A stretch of DNA of 46,329 nt, taken from Pseudomonadota bacterium (GTDB taxonomy: Bacteria; Pseudomonadota; Alphaproteobacteria; Sphingomonadales; Sphingomonadaceae). Made by a program: the position numbers and the translations under genes. Location of the stretch: contig JARXKR010000001.1 in assembly GCA_030271565.1 (NCBI GenBank), positions 1 to 46,329 of the forward strand. The letters are read 5' to 3'. The notes beneath the pieces were generated by a model, which made no database searches, was not told the DNA's origin, and saw only the letters and a list, made by a program, of their open reading frames with translations. This document shows, piece by piece, positions 1-10,710 of this stretch (position 1 is the first letter of the stretch; every line of letters begins with the position of its first letter).

Positions 1-125
1 TGCGCAAAACGGGTAAGCTGAGCGACTTACCCGAAACACCCAGTTGGCTGATCGACATCATGGAAGGGAGTGAGGACGACTTTTCTGATCCGCTGCCTTT
101 CGATGAGTCGCAGGTGCCTTGGTGA
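1..125 (+). CDS. Probable antitoxin (VapB/Phd-like), 3' end only; 5' part is outside the window
   Basis: Open frame from base 3 ([40 protein letters not shown]) with an acidic tail. Its TGA (123-125) overlaps the GTG start of the PIN toxin (GTGA), the usual vapBC coupling. Confidence 0.6.
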   Translation, partial: RKTGKLSDLPETPSWLIDIMEGSEDDFSDPLPFDESQVPW

Positions 126-511
126 GGCTATTGCTCGACACGCATGTTTTGATTTGGTGGCTACGGGACAACCCGATTCTAGGCTCCAGTACGCGTGCGT
201 TGATAGCTCACAGCGATACTATAGTAATGTTCAGCGTGGTGTCCTGTTGGGAAGCTTCGTTGAAGCACCGGATTGGAAAAATGGATATTACCGGAACAGA
301 GCTTTGGAAGTCGGCGATCAATGCTGGTTTTGCTCCAATCGGCCTTGAGATTGACCACATTGAGCAGCTGGAGATGCTGCCGAAGATCGGCGGACATCGC
401 GACCCATTCGATCACCTGCTGCTGGCACAGACCAAAATTGAGGCGGATGCGCTGGTCACACAAGACCGTGCCTTGCCGCAATACGGCATCCGCTGCATCG
501 GCGTGCGTTAA
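122..511 (+). CDS. vapC: PIN-domain VapC-family toxin (ribonuclease)
   Basis: N-terminal [20 protein letters not shown] and [12 protein letters not shown]...LVTQD PIN motifs. GTG at 122 is preferred over TTG at 119. Confidence 0.9.
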   Translation: MRLLLDTHVLIWWLRDNPILGSSTRALIAHSDTIVMFSVVSCWEASLKHRIGKMDITGTELWKSAINAGFAPIGLEIDHIEQLEMLPKIGGHRDPFDHLLLAQTKIEADALVTQDRALPQYGIRCIGVR

Positions 512-603
512 ATCAACACTGTGCACCCACTTGCCTTCGCCCGCGCCGTTCTCTAGGGCGAAGACCAATCACTTTTCATCTGCCGTTCACGAAGGGATAT
601 ACC

Positions 604-840
604 ATGAGCGACACCGCCGACCGGGTTAAGAAGATCGTCGTCGAGCACCTCGGGGTCGAAGCCGACAAGGTCACCGAAGACGCCAGCTTCATCGACGATC
701 TGGGTGCAGATTCGCTTGATATCGTTGAGCTTGTCATGGCATTCGAGGAAGAATTCGGCGTCGAAATCCCCGATGATGCGGCTGAGAAAATCGGCACCGT
801 CTCGGACGCCATCAAGTACATCAACGAGCATAAGGGCTGA
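604..840 (+). CDS. acpP: Acyl carrier protein
   Basis: 78 aa with [20 protein letters not shown] phosphopantetheine motif; GAAGGGA RBS; upstream of fabF. Confidence 0.98.
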   Translation: MSDTADRVKKIVVEHLGVEADKVTEDASFIDDLGADSLDIVELVMAFEEEFGVEIPDDAAEKIGTVSDAIKYINEHKG

Positions 841-916
841 CACGCCTTTGGCGACAAGTCCGTGCCGCCTCACGTCTTGCCTTGGCAAAGCGGTTTGACG
901 GTGGCGCAGGACTTTG

Positions 917-948
917 ACAGGCTCAGTCCCATAGCGGGCTGGGCCTGT
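917..948 (+). other. Intergenic RNA hairpin between acpP and fabF (partial terminator or mRNA stabiliser)
   Basis: ACAGGCTCAGTCC pairs with GGGCTGGGCCTGT (13-bp stem including G-U pairs); only a weak U tract follows. Confidence 0.5.
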
Positions 949-973
949 TGCATTTGAGTTTGCGGAGAAAAAC

Positions 974-2235
974 ATGCGCCGTGTTGTCGTCACCGGGCTT
1001 GGCCTGGTTACCCCGCTGGGGGCCGATGTCGAAACCGTCTGGGCCAACCTGATCGCCGGCAAAAGCGGTGCTGGGCCGATCACGCGATTCGATACCACCG
1101 AGCATAAATGCAAGATCGCCTGCGAAGTAAAGCCGGCCGATCATCCGTGGGGGTTCGATCCCAGCAAGCGGGTCGATCACAAGGTCCAGCGCCAGGTCGA
1201 TCCGTTCATCATCTATGGGATCGATGCTGCCGGGCAAGCGCTCGAAGACGCCGGGCTGCTCGACATGGATGAAGCCACGAAAATACGCACCGGCTGCTCG
1301 ATCGGTTCGGGCATTGGCGGGTTGCCGGGGATCGAAGCCGAATCCATCGTACTCCACGAAAAGGGTCCGAGCCGGGTCTCGCCGCATTTCGTCCATGGCC
1401 GCCTGATCAACCTCATTTCGGGGCAGGTCTCGATCAAATATGGCCTGATGGGGCCGAACCACGCGGTGGTTACCGCTTGCTCAACCGGCGCGCATTCGAT
1501 TGGCGATGCGGCGCGGATGATCAAGGACGACGATGCCGACATAATGCTCGCGGGCGGATCGGAAAGCACGGTCAATCCACTCGGCGTGGCGGGGTTTGCG
1601 CAGGCCCGCGCGCTCAATTGCAGCTTCAACGATCGGCCCGAACAGGCCAGCCGGCCTTACGACAAAGGCCGCGACGGGTTTGTGATGGGTGAGGGCGCGG
1701 GCGTAGTCGTGCTCGAGGAATACGAGCACGCCAAGGCGCGCGGCGCGAAGATCTACGCCGAGGTGGTCGGCTATGGCCTGTCGGGCGATGCCTACCACGT
1801 CACCGCGCCGCACCCTGAGGGCAAGGGCGCCGAACTGTCGATGCGGATGGCGATGCGCAAGGCCGGGATGGAGCCGGGCGATATCGACTATGTCAACGCG
1901 CACGGTACCTCGACCATGGCCGACACGATCGAACTGGCGGCGGTCAAACGCGTGCTGGGCGATGACCTCAGCGGCGCTTCGATGAGCAGCACCAAATCGG
2001 CCATCGGCCACCTGCTCGGCGGCGCTGGCGCGGTCGAGACGATTTTCTGCATCCTCGCGATCCGCGACCAGGTGGTCCCGCCGACGCTCAACCTCGACGA
2101 TCCCGACGAAGGCACCGAAGGCGTCGATCTGGTGCCGCACACCGCCAAGAAGCGCCGGGTCCGCGCTGCGCTCAACAACAGCTTCGGGTTTGGCGGGACC
2201 AACGCATCGGTAATCGTCAAAGCGCTGGAAGACTA

Positions 2236-2236
<1 letters not shown>
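974..2236 (+). CDS. fabF: Beta-ketoacyl-ACP synthase II
   Basis: MRRVVVTGLG start, TACSTG catalytic Cys, NAHGTST, KSAIGHLLG and NSFGFGGTN motifs. Confidence 0.97.
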
Positions 2237-4205
<1,969 letters not shown>

Positions 4206-4214
4206 TCAGGTCCT

Positions 4215-6182
4215 TCAGGGTTCGGCGATGGTGAAGCCGGCGGGGATCGGATCGAGCGCAGCTTGCAAGGCCGCAACAGCACTTGCGTCGCCTTCGATCA
4301 CAAGTCCGGCGGCCTGCAGTTGAGCTAGGGGCAGTTTGAGGAACAACAACCCCAGAATCAATCGGCGCGGGCCTTTTATCGTTACGGCGGGGCTTGCGCT
4401 CGGCGAGCCGACCCGGGCCAGCAACACGGTTTTGCCCGCATCGATCCCGACCGTTTCGTTACGGTCGGTCAAGACCAGATTGATCGCCAGTGGCGTGCCG
4501 ATTTTGGCGGGATCGTAGCGCGTCGCCATCGAATCCATCAGCAACTGGGTGGGGACGGCGGCGATCATGTCCTGGCTCTGGGTGTTAACCCCGCTCGGTT
4601 TGTAGCCCTGACGCAAGTCACGCGCGGCCGACAGGAACTGGTTGCGCCAGATTGCGCTCTCGGCCTGATAGCCTTGCTGCTCGTAGCTGTCGGCTAACAG
4701 CGCGCGTGCCGCCTGGTTGGCCGGATCGGCGAACACCAGCTGGTTGAGCAAGTCCGACGACCAGCGATAGTCGCCCGCCGCCATCGCCTTGCGCGCAAGT
4801 GTGATCACCTTGCCAGCGCCGCCCATCGCCGACACATATTTACGCGCGCGCACCGCTGGCGGCCACGGGTTGAGATTGGCCGGAACCGCATCGTACCAGC
4901 CGAGGTAGAATTGATAGACCGCCTTGGAGTTGTGGCTGTAGGTCCCGTAATACCCGTGGTTGAACCATTGCCCCGCCAATTCGGGTGGCTGCACCACATC
5001 TTCGGCGATCTCGACCATGGTCTCACCCTGGTTCATCCGCCGCACGGTCTGGTCATGAAGATAGCGGTAATTATCGCGCTGACTGGCGAGCATCGAGGCG
5101 ACCTCGGCTTGGCCGAAGCGCGGCCAGCAATGGCTTGAGATGACCACGTCCGAGCGGCCGCCGTAGAGCTTTAGAGCTTCATCGAGGTAGCCCGCCCAGG
5201 CATGGGTATCGCGCACTTTGGCTCCGCGCGGGGTGAGGATGTTGTGGAGCGAGCAAGTCGACATTTCGGCTGAGAGCAGCACTCGCGGCGCGGCGACATA
5301 GACGTTGAGCTCGCTCGGCGCTTCGCTGCCCGAGACCATCTGGAATTCAAGCGGAATGCCATCGACAATGCGGGTTTCGCCGGTCTTGGAGATTGTATCG
5401 GTGGGCGCGATCAGGGTGATTTCGCCGCCAGCGACGCCCATCCCGATGCCGCTGCCCATTTGTCCTTGCGCGCCTGGAACAAGCCCGACGCCGAACTGGT
5501 AGTTGGCGCGCCGCCCCATTGCTCCGCCTGCCATGACGTTTTCAGAAGCCGTTTCCTCCATGAACTTGGCCGGGGCCAGGATCGCGACCTTGCCCGCGGT
5601 GACGTCCGCGTCAGTGACCACGCCCCGTACCCCGCCGAAGTGATCGGCGTGGCTGTGGCTGTAAATGACCGCGACCACCGGACGAGGCCCAAGTTGCTGG
5701 TTGATCAGTTCGAGCGCGGCAGCGGCGGTTTCACGGCTGGTCAGCGGGTCGATCACGATCCACCCGGTCTTGCCCGCGATCACGGTCATGTTCGAGACGT
5801 CGAACCCGCGCACCTGCCAAATCCCGTTGGCCACCTTGAACAGGCCGTTGGCCTTGAGCAGCCCGATTTCGCGCCACAGCGACGGGTTGACCGTGGCCGG
5901 GGCGGGGCCGGAGACGAACTGGTATGCCGCCGTATTCCACACCGGCTTGCCCTGCGCATTCTTGATCACCGGATCGGCGCGGGTGGCGATGAAGCCGCGC
6001 TGGGCAAATTCGGCATCGCGGCCGTCTTCGGCGGGGAGCGACTTGGTCATGGCCTGCTGCGCCGCGACAGTGGCCGCGCTGGCGGGCTTGGCCGAAGTGT
6101 CGGCGGCCGGAGCACCGGCACTGAGCATGGTTGCCGTGAGCAAGAGCGGCAGGGCGCTGGCCCGCGCGAACGAAGTGATCAT
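4215..6182 (-). CDS. Secreted alkyl sulfatase, SdsA1-like (metallo-beta-lactamase fold plus dimerisation and SCP2-like domains)
   Basis: YSHSHADHFGG metal motif, VNPSLWR, QVRGFDVSN, GYYGTYSHNSKAVYQFYLGWYD; signal-peptide-like N-terminus from ATG 6182 with a GGAGG RBS. Confidence 0.9.
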   Translation of the reverse strand: MITSFARASALPLLLTATMLSAGAPAADTSAKPASAATVAAQQAMTKSLPAEDGRDAEFAQRGFIATRADPVIKNAQGKPVWNTAAYQFVSGPAPATVNPSLWREIGLLKANGLFKVANGIWQVRGFDVSNMTVIAGKTGWIVIDPLTSRETAAAALELINQQLGPRPVVAVIYSHSHADHFGGVRGVVTDADVTAGKVAILAPAKFMEETASENVMAGGAMGRRANYQFGVGLVPGAQGQMGSGIGMGVAGGEITLIAPTDTISKTGETRIVDGIPLEFQMVSGSEAPSELNVYVAAPRVLLSAEMSTCSLHNILTPRGAKVRDTHAWAGYLDEALKLYGGRSDVVISSHCWPRFGQAEVASMLASQRDNYRYLHDQTVRRMNQGETMVEIAEDVVQPPELAGQWFNHGYYGTYSHNSKAVYQFYLGWYDAVPANLNPWPPAVRARKYVSAMGGAGKVITLARKAMAAGDYRWSSDLLNQLVFADPANQAARALLADSYEQQGYQAESAIWRNQFLSAARDLRQGYKPSGVNTQSQDMIAAVPTQLLMDSMATRYDPAKIGTPLAINLVLTDRNETVGIDAGKTVLLARVGSPSASPAVTIKGPRRLILGLLFLKLPLAQLQAAGLVIEGDASAVAALQAALDPIPAGFTIAEP

Positions 6183-6277
6183 TGAAAAGTCCTCCCCGAG
6201 GCAGGTTGCGCCGGGGAGGGCGGTGACGCAAGTCCGATGGCTGGTCTGCGCTCGCACAAGCGGCTAGCAAGTCAGCC

Positions 6278-6811
6278 ATGGCTTCCGCACCTGCAAATGC
6301 TCCATTCATCGTCACCGCCGAGCTTCCCGGCGAGGTCTTCGCCTGGGCCAACGCGCTGCGCACCGCGCATTTTCCGCCCGAACGCAACCACCTCGCGGCG
6401 CATGTCACGCTGTTCCATTCGTTCGCGCCCTCGCTGCGCGAGGAGCTGCCGCGCGAACTGGCGCGGCTGGCCGGAGACCATGCACCGCCCGAGGCTATGG
6501 TTGACGGGTTGATGGACCTTGGCGGCGGCACCGCGATCGCGCTGCGCAGTGAGGCAATGTTGGCGATCCGCGAGGAGATCGGCGGGCGCTTCTACACCAT
6601 GCTCACCGCGCAGGATCGTGGCGGCAAGCGGCTCCACATCACCGTCCAGAACAAGGTCGAACGCAAGCTCGCCCTGGCGCTTCAGGCGGAACTGGGACCG
6701 GCGACCGAGCCACGCCCTTTCCGCTTCACGGGGCTCGGGATGCACCGCTATCTCGGCCCGCATTGGGAACAGGTCGGGGTGTGGAAATTTCGCCGGGCTA
6801 AGCACGCTTGA
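6278..6811 (+). CDS. 2'-5' RNA ligase / 2H-phosphoesterase family protein
   Basis: Two HxT motifs (AHVTLFH and LHITVQNK). Confidence 0.8.
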   Translation: MASAPANAPFIVTAELPGEVFAWANALRTAHFPPERNHLAAHVTLFHSFAPSLREELPRELARLAGDHAPPEAMVDGLMDLGGGTAIALRSEAMLAIREEIGGRFYTMLTAQDRGGKRLHITVQNKVERKLALALQAELGPATEPRPFRFTGLGMHRYLGPHWEQVGVWKFRRAKHA

Positions 6812-6877
6812 CCCCGGCCCAAGCGCAACCTATGTGCGCCGCCTGCCCGGACGACAGCACCGGCGCGGGCATGGTAC

Positions 6878-6954
6878 GGCGGAGTAGCTCAGCTGGTTAG
6901 AGCAGCGGAATCATAATCCGCGTGTCGGGGGTTCGAGTCCCTCCTCCGCTACCA
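6878..6954 (+). tRNA. tRNA-Met (CAT), elongator type
   Basis: 77-nt cloverleaf: GGCGGAG/CTCCGCT acceptor stem, GCGGA-ATCATAA-TCCGC anticodon arm, GTTCGAGTC T-loop, encoded CCA. It lacks the initiator C1 mismatch and GGG/CCC anticodon stem; tRNA-Ile2 is not formally excluded. Confidence 0.93.
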
Positions 6955-7031
6955 ATCAAGTCATTTATCACTTTGTTTCAAAGGATAAACCGACTTTTCC
7001 GCAAAACTGAAACCACATTCGGTCCCACATT
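6954..7031. other. att-arm-like region: IHF-like site and tandem CCACATT repeats
   Basis: AATCAAGTCATTT (6954-6966) matches WATCAANNNNTTR at 12/13; CCACATT occurs at 7013-7019 and 7025-7031; the patch is AT-rich. Confidence 0.45.
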
Positions 7032-7301
7032 TTGCGCGGGACTTGGTGGGGCAATTCGCGCCGTGGTGGCACGGCATCGGAAAGTCGGGTTTGTCAAATC
7101 GCGCCGCTGATTGGAGGGATTTGGGGCGCGGCGAGCGCGCCCCGATGGTCCTTCACTGGTGGGGAAGCGGTTCGCGCAGCACGATCTGACCGTTCATCGG
7201 GATGACCGAGAGGATTAGCGTCAGCCCCTTGCCGTCGCGGTGCGGCCATGCAGCGCCGACTTTGGTCCAGAATGAATCGTCGCCCTTGGGCGGGGGAGGG
7301 G

Positions 7302-7404
7302 AAACCGGAATCGATGCCCTGGCGCGGGCCAGCGGGCACCGCCCGCCACACGGGGGTGTCTATTCCGGTTTGGGGAACGAGAGGGCAAAGCCCTTGGTGT
7401 TCCC
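7302..7404. repeat. Double stem-loop structured non-coding element
   Basis: AAACCGGAAT (7302-7311) pairs with ATTCCGGTTT (7362-7371) around an inner GCGGG/CCCGC stem; a second hairpin GGGAAC..AGGGC-AAA-GCCCT..GTTCCC spans 7373-7404. Confidence 0.7.
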
Positions 7405-7566
7405 GCCTAACGGGAAACGGAGCTGTCAGGCTTGCATCCAACGTCAGGTCTCGCTGACATAGCCGCCATTCGCTGTCTCAAAATAGCGCGACGAAACCGG
7501 TCATACGTTCACTCGCCATCTGTAGGTGCTAAGCGGCAGGAATCGGGGCAGCCAATCGAGTGCCTG

Positions 7567-7594
7567 AACAGCGCAATTGGGGCGCAAAGCGGAC
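7567..7594 (+). repeat. 28-bp direct repeat, copy 1 (upstream of the small membrane gene)
   Basis: AACAGCGCAATTGGGGCGCAAAGCGGAC, 23/28 identical to 7979-8006. Confidence 0.75.
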
Positions 7595-7617
7595 ACTCGC
7601 TCGGGTAGCCTCGAAAA

Positions 7618-7937
7618 ATGTCTGAACGGGCTCAGGGAGGGATCAAAACCGCATTGGTGGCAGCCCTACTATTATTGCAGATCGTCCTGGGAGGACTCGC
7701 CACGAATGGGGCATGGGAAATCTCAGTCTGGTGCACTGCCCCAGCGTCCAGTCCATGGAGTTTGGTATTTGCCTTGGTGCACGGCATCTTGCTTGGCCTG
7801 CTGATTTTCGGACTGTTCTCATTGCGCTTTGTCCGACTGCGGTTGCCCTTGTTGCACTGGTCACTGCCGCGCTGCTTGCGCTTCCATTTCAAGCGATTCT
7901 CGTCCTGCAAGGAACGCTATGGTGCGACGCTCCGTAA
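7618..7937 (+). pseudogene. Small multi-TM membrane protein gene with an apparent 1-bp deletion near 7849
   Basis: The frame from ATG 7618 is hydrophobic up to ...FVRLRLP. The hydrophobic reading continues in another frame (VALVTAALLALPFQAILVLQGTLWCDAP*, stop 7937). Adding one base gives about 106 aa. Could be a sequencing error. Confidence 0.6.
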
Positions 7938-7978
7938 CAGACCGAGGGCCGGTCTCAGGTCGTTCGCTTCCCAGCCGA

Positions 7979-8006
7979 AACGGCGCATTGGGGGCGGAAA
8001 GCTGAC
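7979..8006 (+). repeat. 28-bp direct repeat, copy 2 (downstream of the small membrane gene)
   Basis: AACGGCGCATTGGGGGCGGAAAGCTGAC, 23/28 identical to 7567-7594. Confidence 0.75.
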
Positions 8007-8138
8007 TTCACTGCGGAGGTGACCGCATCCGGACTGTTCGGCCTTGGCGATGCAATCACGTCCAACCCGATACCGCTTGCCGACCTCTGCACCCGGCTGC
8101 GCGCGAAGTTGGTCCGCGTACGCGAGAAGCATGTCTCG

Positions 8139-9467
8139 CTATGACTGCAAGACCGGGGCGTAGTCAGACAAGGCCTCTCCCCCGATGCCCCTGACGCCGC
8201 GGGCTGAGAGGACCGCAACGATTTCGACAGCATCAAGCGCTTGAACGGTGAGGTTTTGTGTATGGGCGATCGACGCCGCGATACCCACCGCCTCGCCCAT
8301 CGCCATGCATTGGGGCATGCCGCGAACCGAGGCAAAGGCGGCAGGATCGGCGCAGACCAGCCGTCCGGCGAACAGCAGATTTTCGATTTCGCGCGGCACC
8401 ATCGCCTGGAAGGGAATGGTGTAATAGCTACCCTGCGCCACAATCGCGTCATGCGTCATGGCGGCATCACTTCGCATCACATCGTCGATTGGATTGTCGC
8501 AGCAGACGATCCCATCCGCAAACTTGGTCGCCGCCACAAGCTCCCGGGCAAGGATACGATGCACCGCCTCAAGTTTCCGGGTTTCGCGCACGCCGATGGT
8601 GGGGCCTAGTTCGCTTATCCGCGCGTGCTCGAAGCCGGGTACGCAGTCGATCAGAAACTTCGCCAACTGATGGCCGCGCCGCCGGCCTTCCTGGGTTGCC
8701 TTGGCCACCTGCTGCGGATCGGTTCCGTCCACCCCGCGGATATGGACTGAGTTGCAGAAGACCGTATCCCGGTGAAATCCGCGCATCAGGTAAAGCTTGG
8801 CGAGATCGGGGTGCAGCCGGCCTTCGGCAATGCCGCGCTCGGCCTCCTTCGTAAAATAGGGATCGTCGCTGGCGAAGACCTGTTCCCAAGGCGCATTAAG
8901 CATCGAGAAGGACAGCGTCACGCCCATCATGTTTCCGCGCTCGTCGCCGAGCGCGAAGGGTACGCCAGCCTTGGCGGATATGTCACCATCGCCCGAGCAA
9001 TCGATCACAATGTCTGGCTCGATGGTCAGCGGCCCGGTCCGGTCATAGCAATCCACCGCCACGATACGCTGGCCGTCCAGCACCGGAGATCCGGCGAACG
9101 TATTGAGATGAACCGTGACGCCTGCATCCTCCAGCATCTGGAACATGGCGAACACGGCCGCTTCGTGGTCGTAGATCACTTCGGCACCGAAATTCTCGAG
9201 CGTGGACGGCCGGACCTCGGCCTGTGGCGGCTGCATGGTGCACAGCATGGTGGTCAATGTGTCGAAGACGCCGCCGATGCTCCGGCCTATCGGGAACCCG
9301 CCGCCCCAAGGCATTCCAGGGCAGAACGACATAACCCCGCCGATCTTGCTGGTTCCCTCGATCAAACGGACGCGCGCGCCTTGACTAGCCGCCGCGCAGG
9401 CAGCGCCAAACCCGGCCGTGCCACCGCCGACAACGAGGACATCGGTCGACATCTTCCGCTGCATCAC
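8139..9467 (-). CDS. FAD-dependent oxidoreductase (FAD_oxidored-type), substrate unknown
   Basis: DVLVVGGGTAG Rossmann motif, IDCSGDGD, GVRETR, YTIPFQAMVP..IENLLFAGR and MAMGEAVG motifs. Confidence 0.85.
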   Translation of the reverse strand: MMQRKMSTDVLVVGGGTAGFGAACAAASQGARVRLIEGTSKIGGVMSFCPGMPWGGGFPIGRSIGGVFDTLTTMLCTMQPPQAEVRPSTLENFGAEVIYDHEAAVFAMFQMLEDAGVTVHLNTFAGSPVLDGQRIVAVDCYDRTGPLTIEPDIVIDCSGDGDISAKAGVPFALGDERGNMMGVTLSFSMLNAPWEQVFASDDPYFTKEAERGIAEGRLHPDLAKLYLMRGFHRDTVFCNSVHIRGVDGTDPQQVAKATQEGRRRGHQLAKFLIDCVPGFEHARISELGPTIGVRETRKLEAVHRILARELVAATKFADGIVCCDNPIDDVMRSDAAMTHDAIVAQGSYYTIPFQAMVPREIENLLFAGRLVCADPAAFASVRGMPQCMAMGEAVGIAASIAHTQNLTVQALDAVEIVAVLSARGVRGIGGEALSDYAPVLQS

Positions 9468-9902
9468 TATTTGACCGTCCTTTCGACCGCAGGCTGCTTG
9501 ATAAGCGCGCGTTGGTGAGAAGTTGCAGATGTTCGGTTCTGCGGCAATCGCGGCAACGATGAAATGGCTTCAATCAGGTCGTTTACCGACCAGTTGACGC
9601 GACAAGATTGGGGGGCAGCAGGCAACTAGCTCCTCCACAGAGCGGATGACCTCGGTTGATGAGCTCAAGTAACGGAAAGGGCTGGCGGGTTTGCGGGGGC
9701 GGGGCATGCTTGCAGCCCTAGCCAGTCACCGCCTTAGCCGCCAGTCGGTGAAATTGCTCTGACAGAGCCCATTTGGATGTGTGGCCCGCCAGACCCTACG
9801 CTTGAGTTGTGCACACGCAAAGCTGCAACGACTGGTTGCGCAGAGGACTGGCCGATGCGATCCATTGCTTCGACGACAAGCTCCCTTGGGATCGCAATCA
9901 CC

Positions 9903-10694
9903 ATGCAAACAGCCATCATTTCTGCCGCAGCGAGTGGCATCGGTCTTGCGATTGCGAAGGGGCTCTGCGCCGATGGCTGGCGGGTCTACATCTGCGATCA
10001 GGATCAGGCCGCGATCGCCGGACTGGCCGGGGCCGACACCGCCCTGGTGTCTTTTCCTTGCGATGTCAGCGACGCGGGAGCCGTTGAGGAATTCTACCGC
10101 GCCGTTGAATCTGACCTTGTGGCCAATGGGTTTTCCGGCATCGACCTGCTGGTGAACAACGCAGGCATTTCCGGCCCGACAGCAAGACTCGAAGACCAAC
10201 CCGTTGAGGAATGGATGGGGACGATCGACGTCAACATCAACGGCACGTTCCTGATGACCCGCCGCGCCATTCCCCTGCTCCGCGCCAAGGCCCCCGGAAG
10301 CTCGATTATCACCATGAGCTCGAACGCCGGGCTCTTTGGCTGCCCGCTACGCGGGCCATACGTCGCTAGCAAATGGGCGGTGATCGGCCTGACCAAGACC
10401 CTGGCAATGGAACTGGGTCCCGAGGGAATCCGGGTCAACGCGCTCTGCCCTGCCAGCGTCGAGGGCCCGCGCATCGACCGCGTGATCTCGGCCGATGCTG
10501 CCGCGCGCGGACTTTCGGCGGCTGACGTCGAGAAGGAATACAAGCGTCAATCGTCGCTCAGGGCCTTTGCCACCAACGACGATATCCTGGGAATGGTGCG
10601 CTTTCTGACCTCTCATGCAGGGCGGCTGATTTCCGGTCAGGCGCTAGCCATAGACGGCCACACCGAGAGCCTTTCGCTTGCAATGGACGCCTAG
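9903..10694 (+). CDS. Short-chain dehydrogenase/reductase (SDR)
   Basis: ISAAASGIG cofactor loop, LVNNAG, YVASK (YxxxK), IRVNALCP; ATG 9903 gives a normal SDR length. Confidence 0.9.
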   Translation: MQTAIISAAASGIGLAIAKGLCADGWRVYICDQDQAAIAGLAGADTALVSFPCDVSDAGAVEEFYRAVESDLVANGFSGIDLLVNNAGISGPTARLEDQPVEEWMGTIDVNINGTFLMTRRAIPLLRAKAPGSSIITMSSNAGLFGCPLRGPYVASKWAVIGLTKTLAMELGPEGIRVNALCPASVEGPRIDRVISADAAARGLSAADVEKEYKRQSSLRAFATNDDILGMVRFLTSHAGRLISGQALAIDGHTESLSLAMDA

Positions 10695-10710
10695 CGCCGG
10701 CCTGACGCGC

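Noticed and set aside
6922-7462. Short ORFs of 62-115 aa after the tRNA
   Set aside because: They overlap the tRNA or the hairpins and show no motifs or convincing RBS.
7567-8006. Canonical integron attC array or CRISPR array
   Set aside because: No RYYYAAC/GTTRRRY cores and no intI or cas gene; only two direct copies about 410 bp apart. Kept as a non-canonical repeat finding instead.
9468-9902. Possible sRNA or small gene in the oxidoreductase-SDR intergenic region
   Set aside because: No convincing ORF, terminator or recognisable RNA motif by eye; most simply a divergent promoter region.
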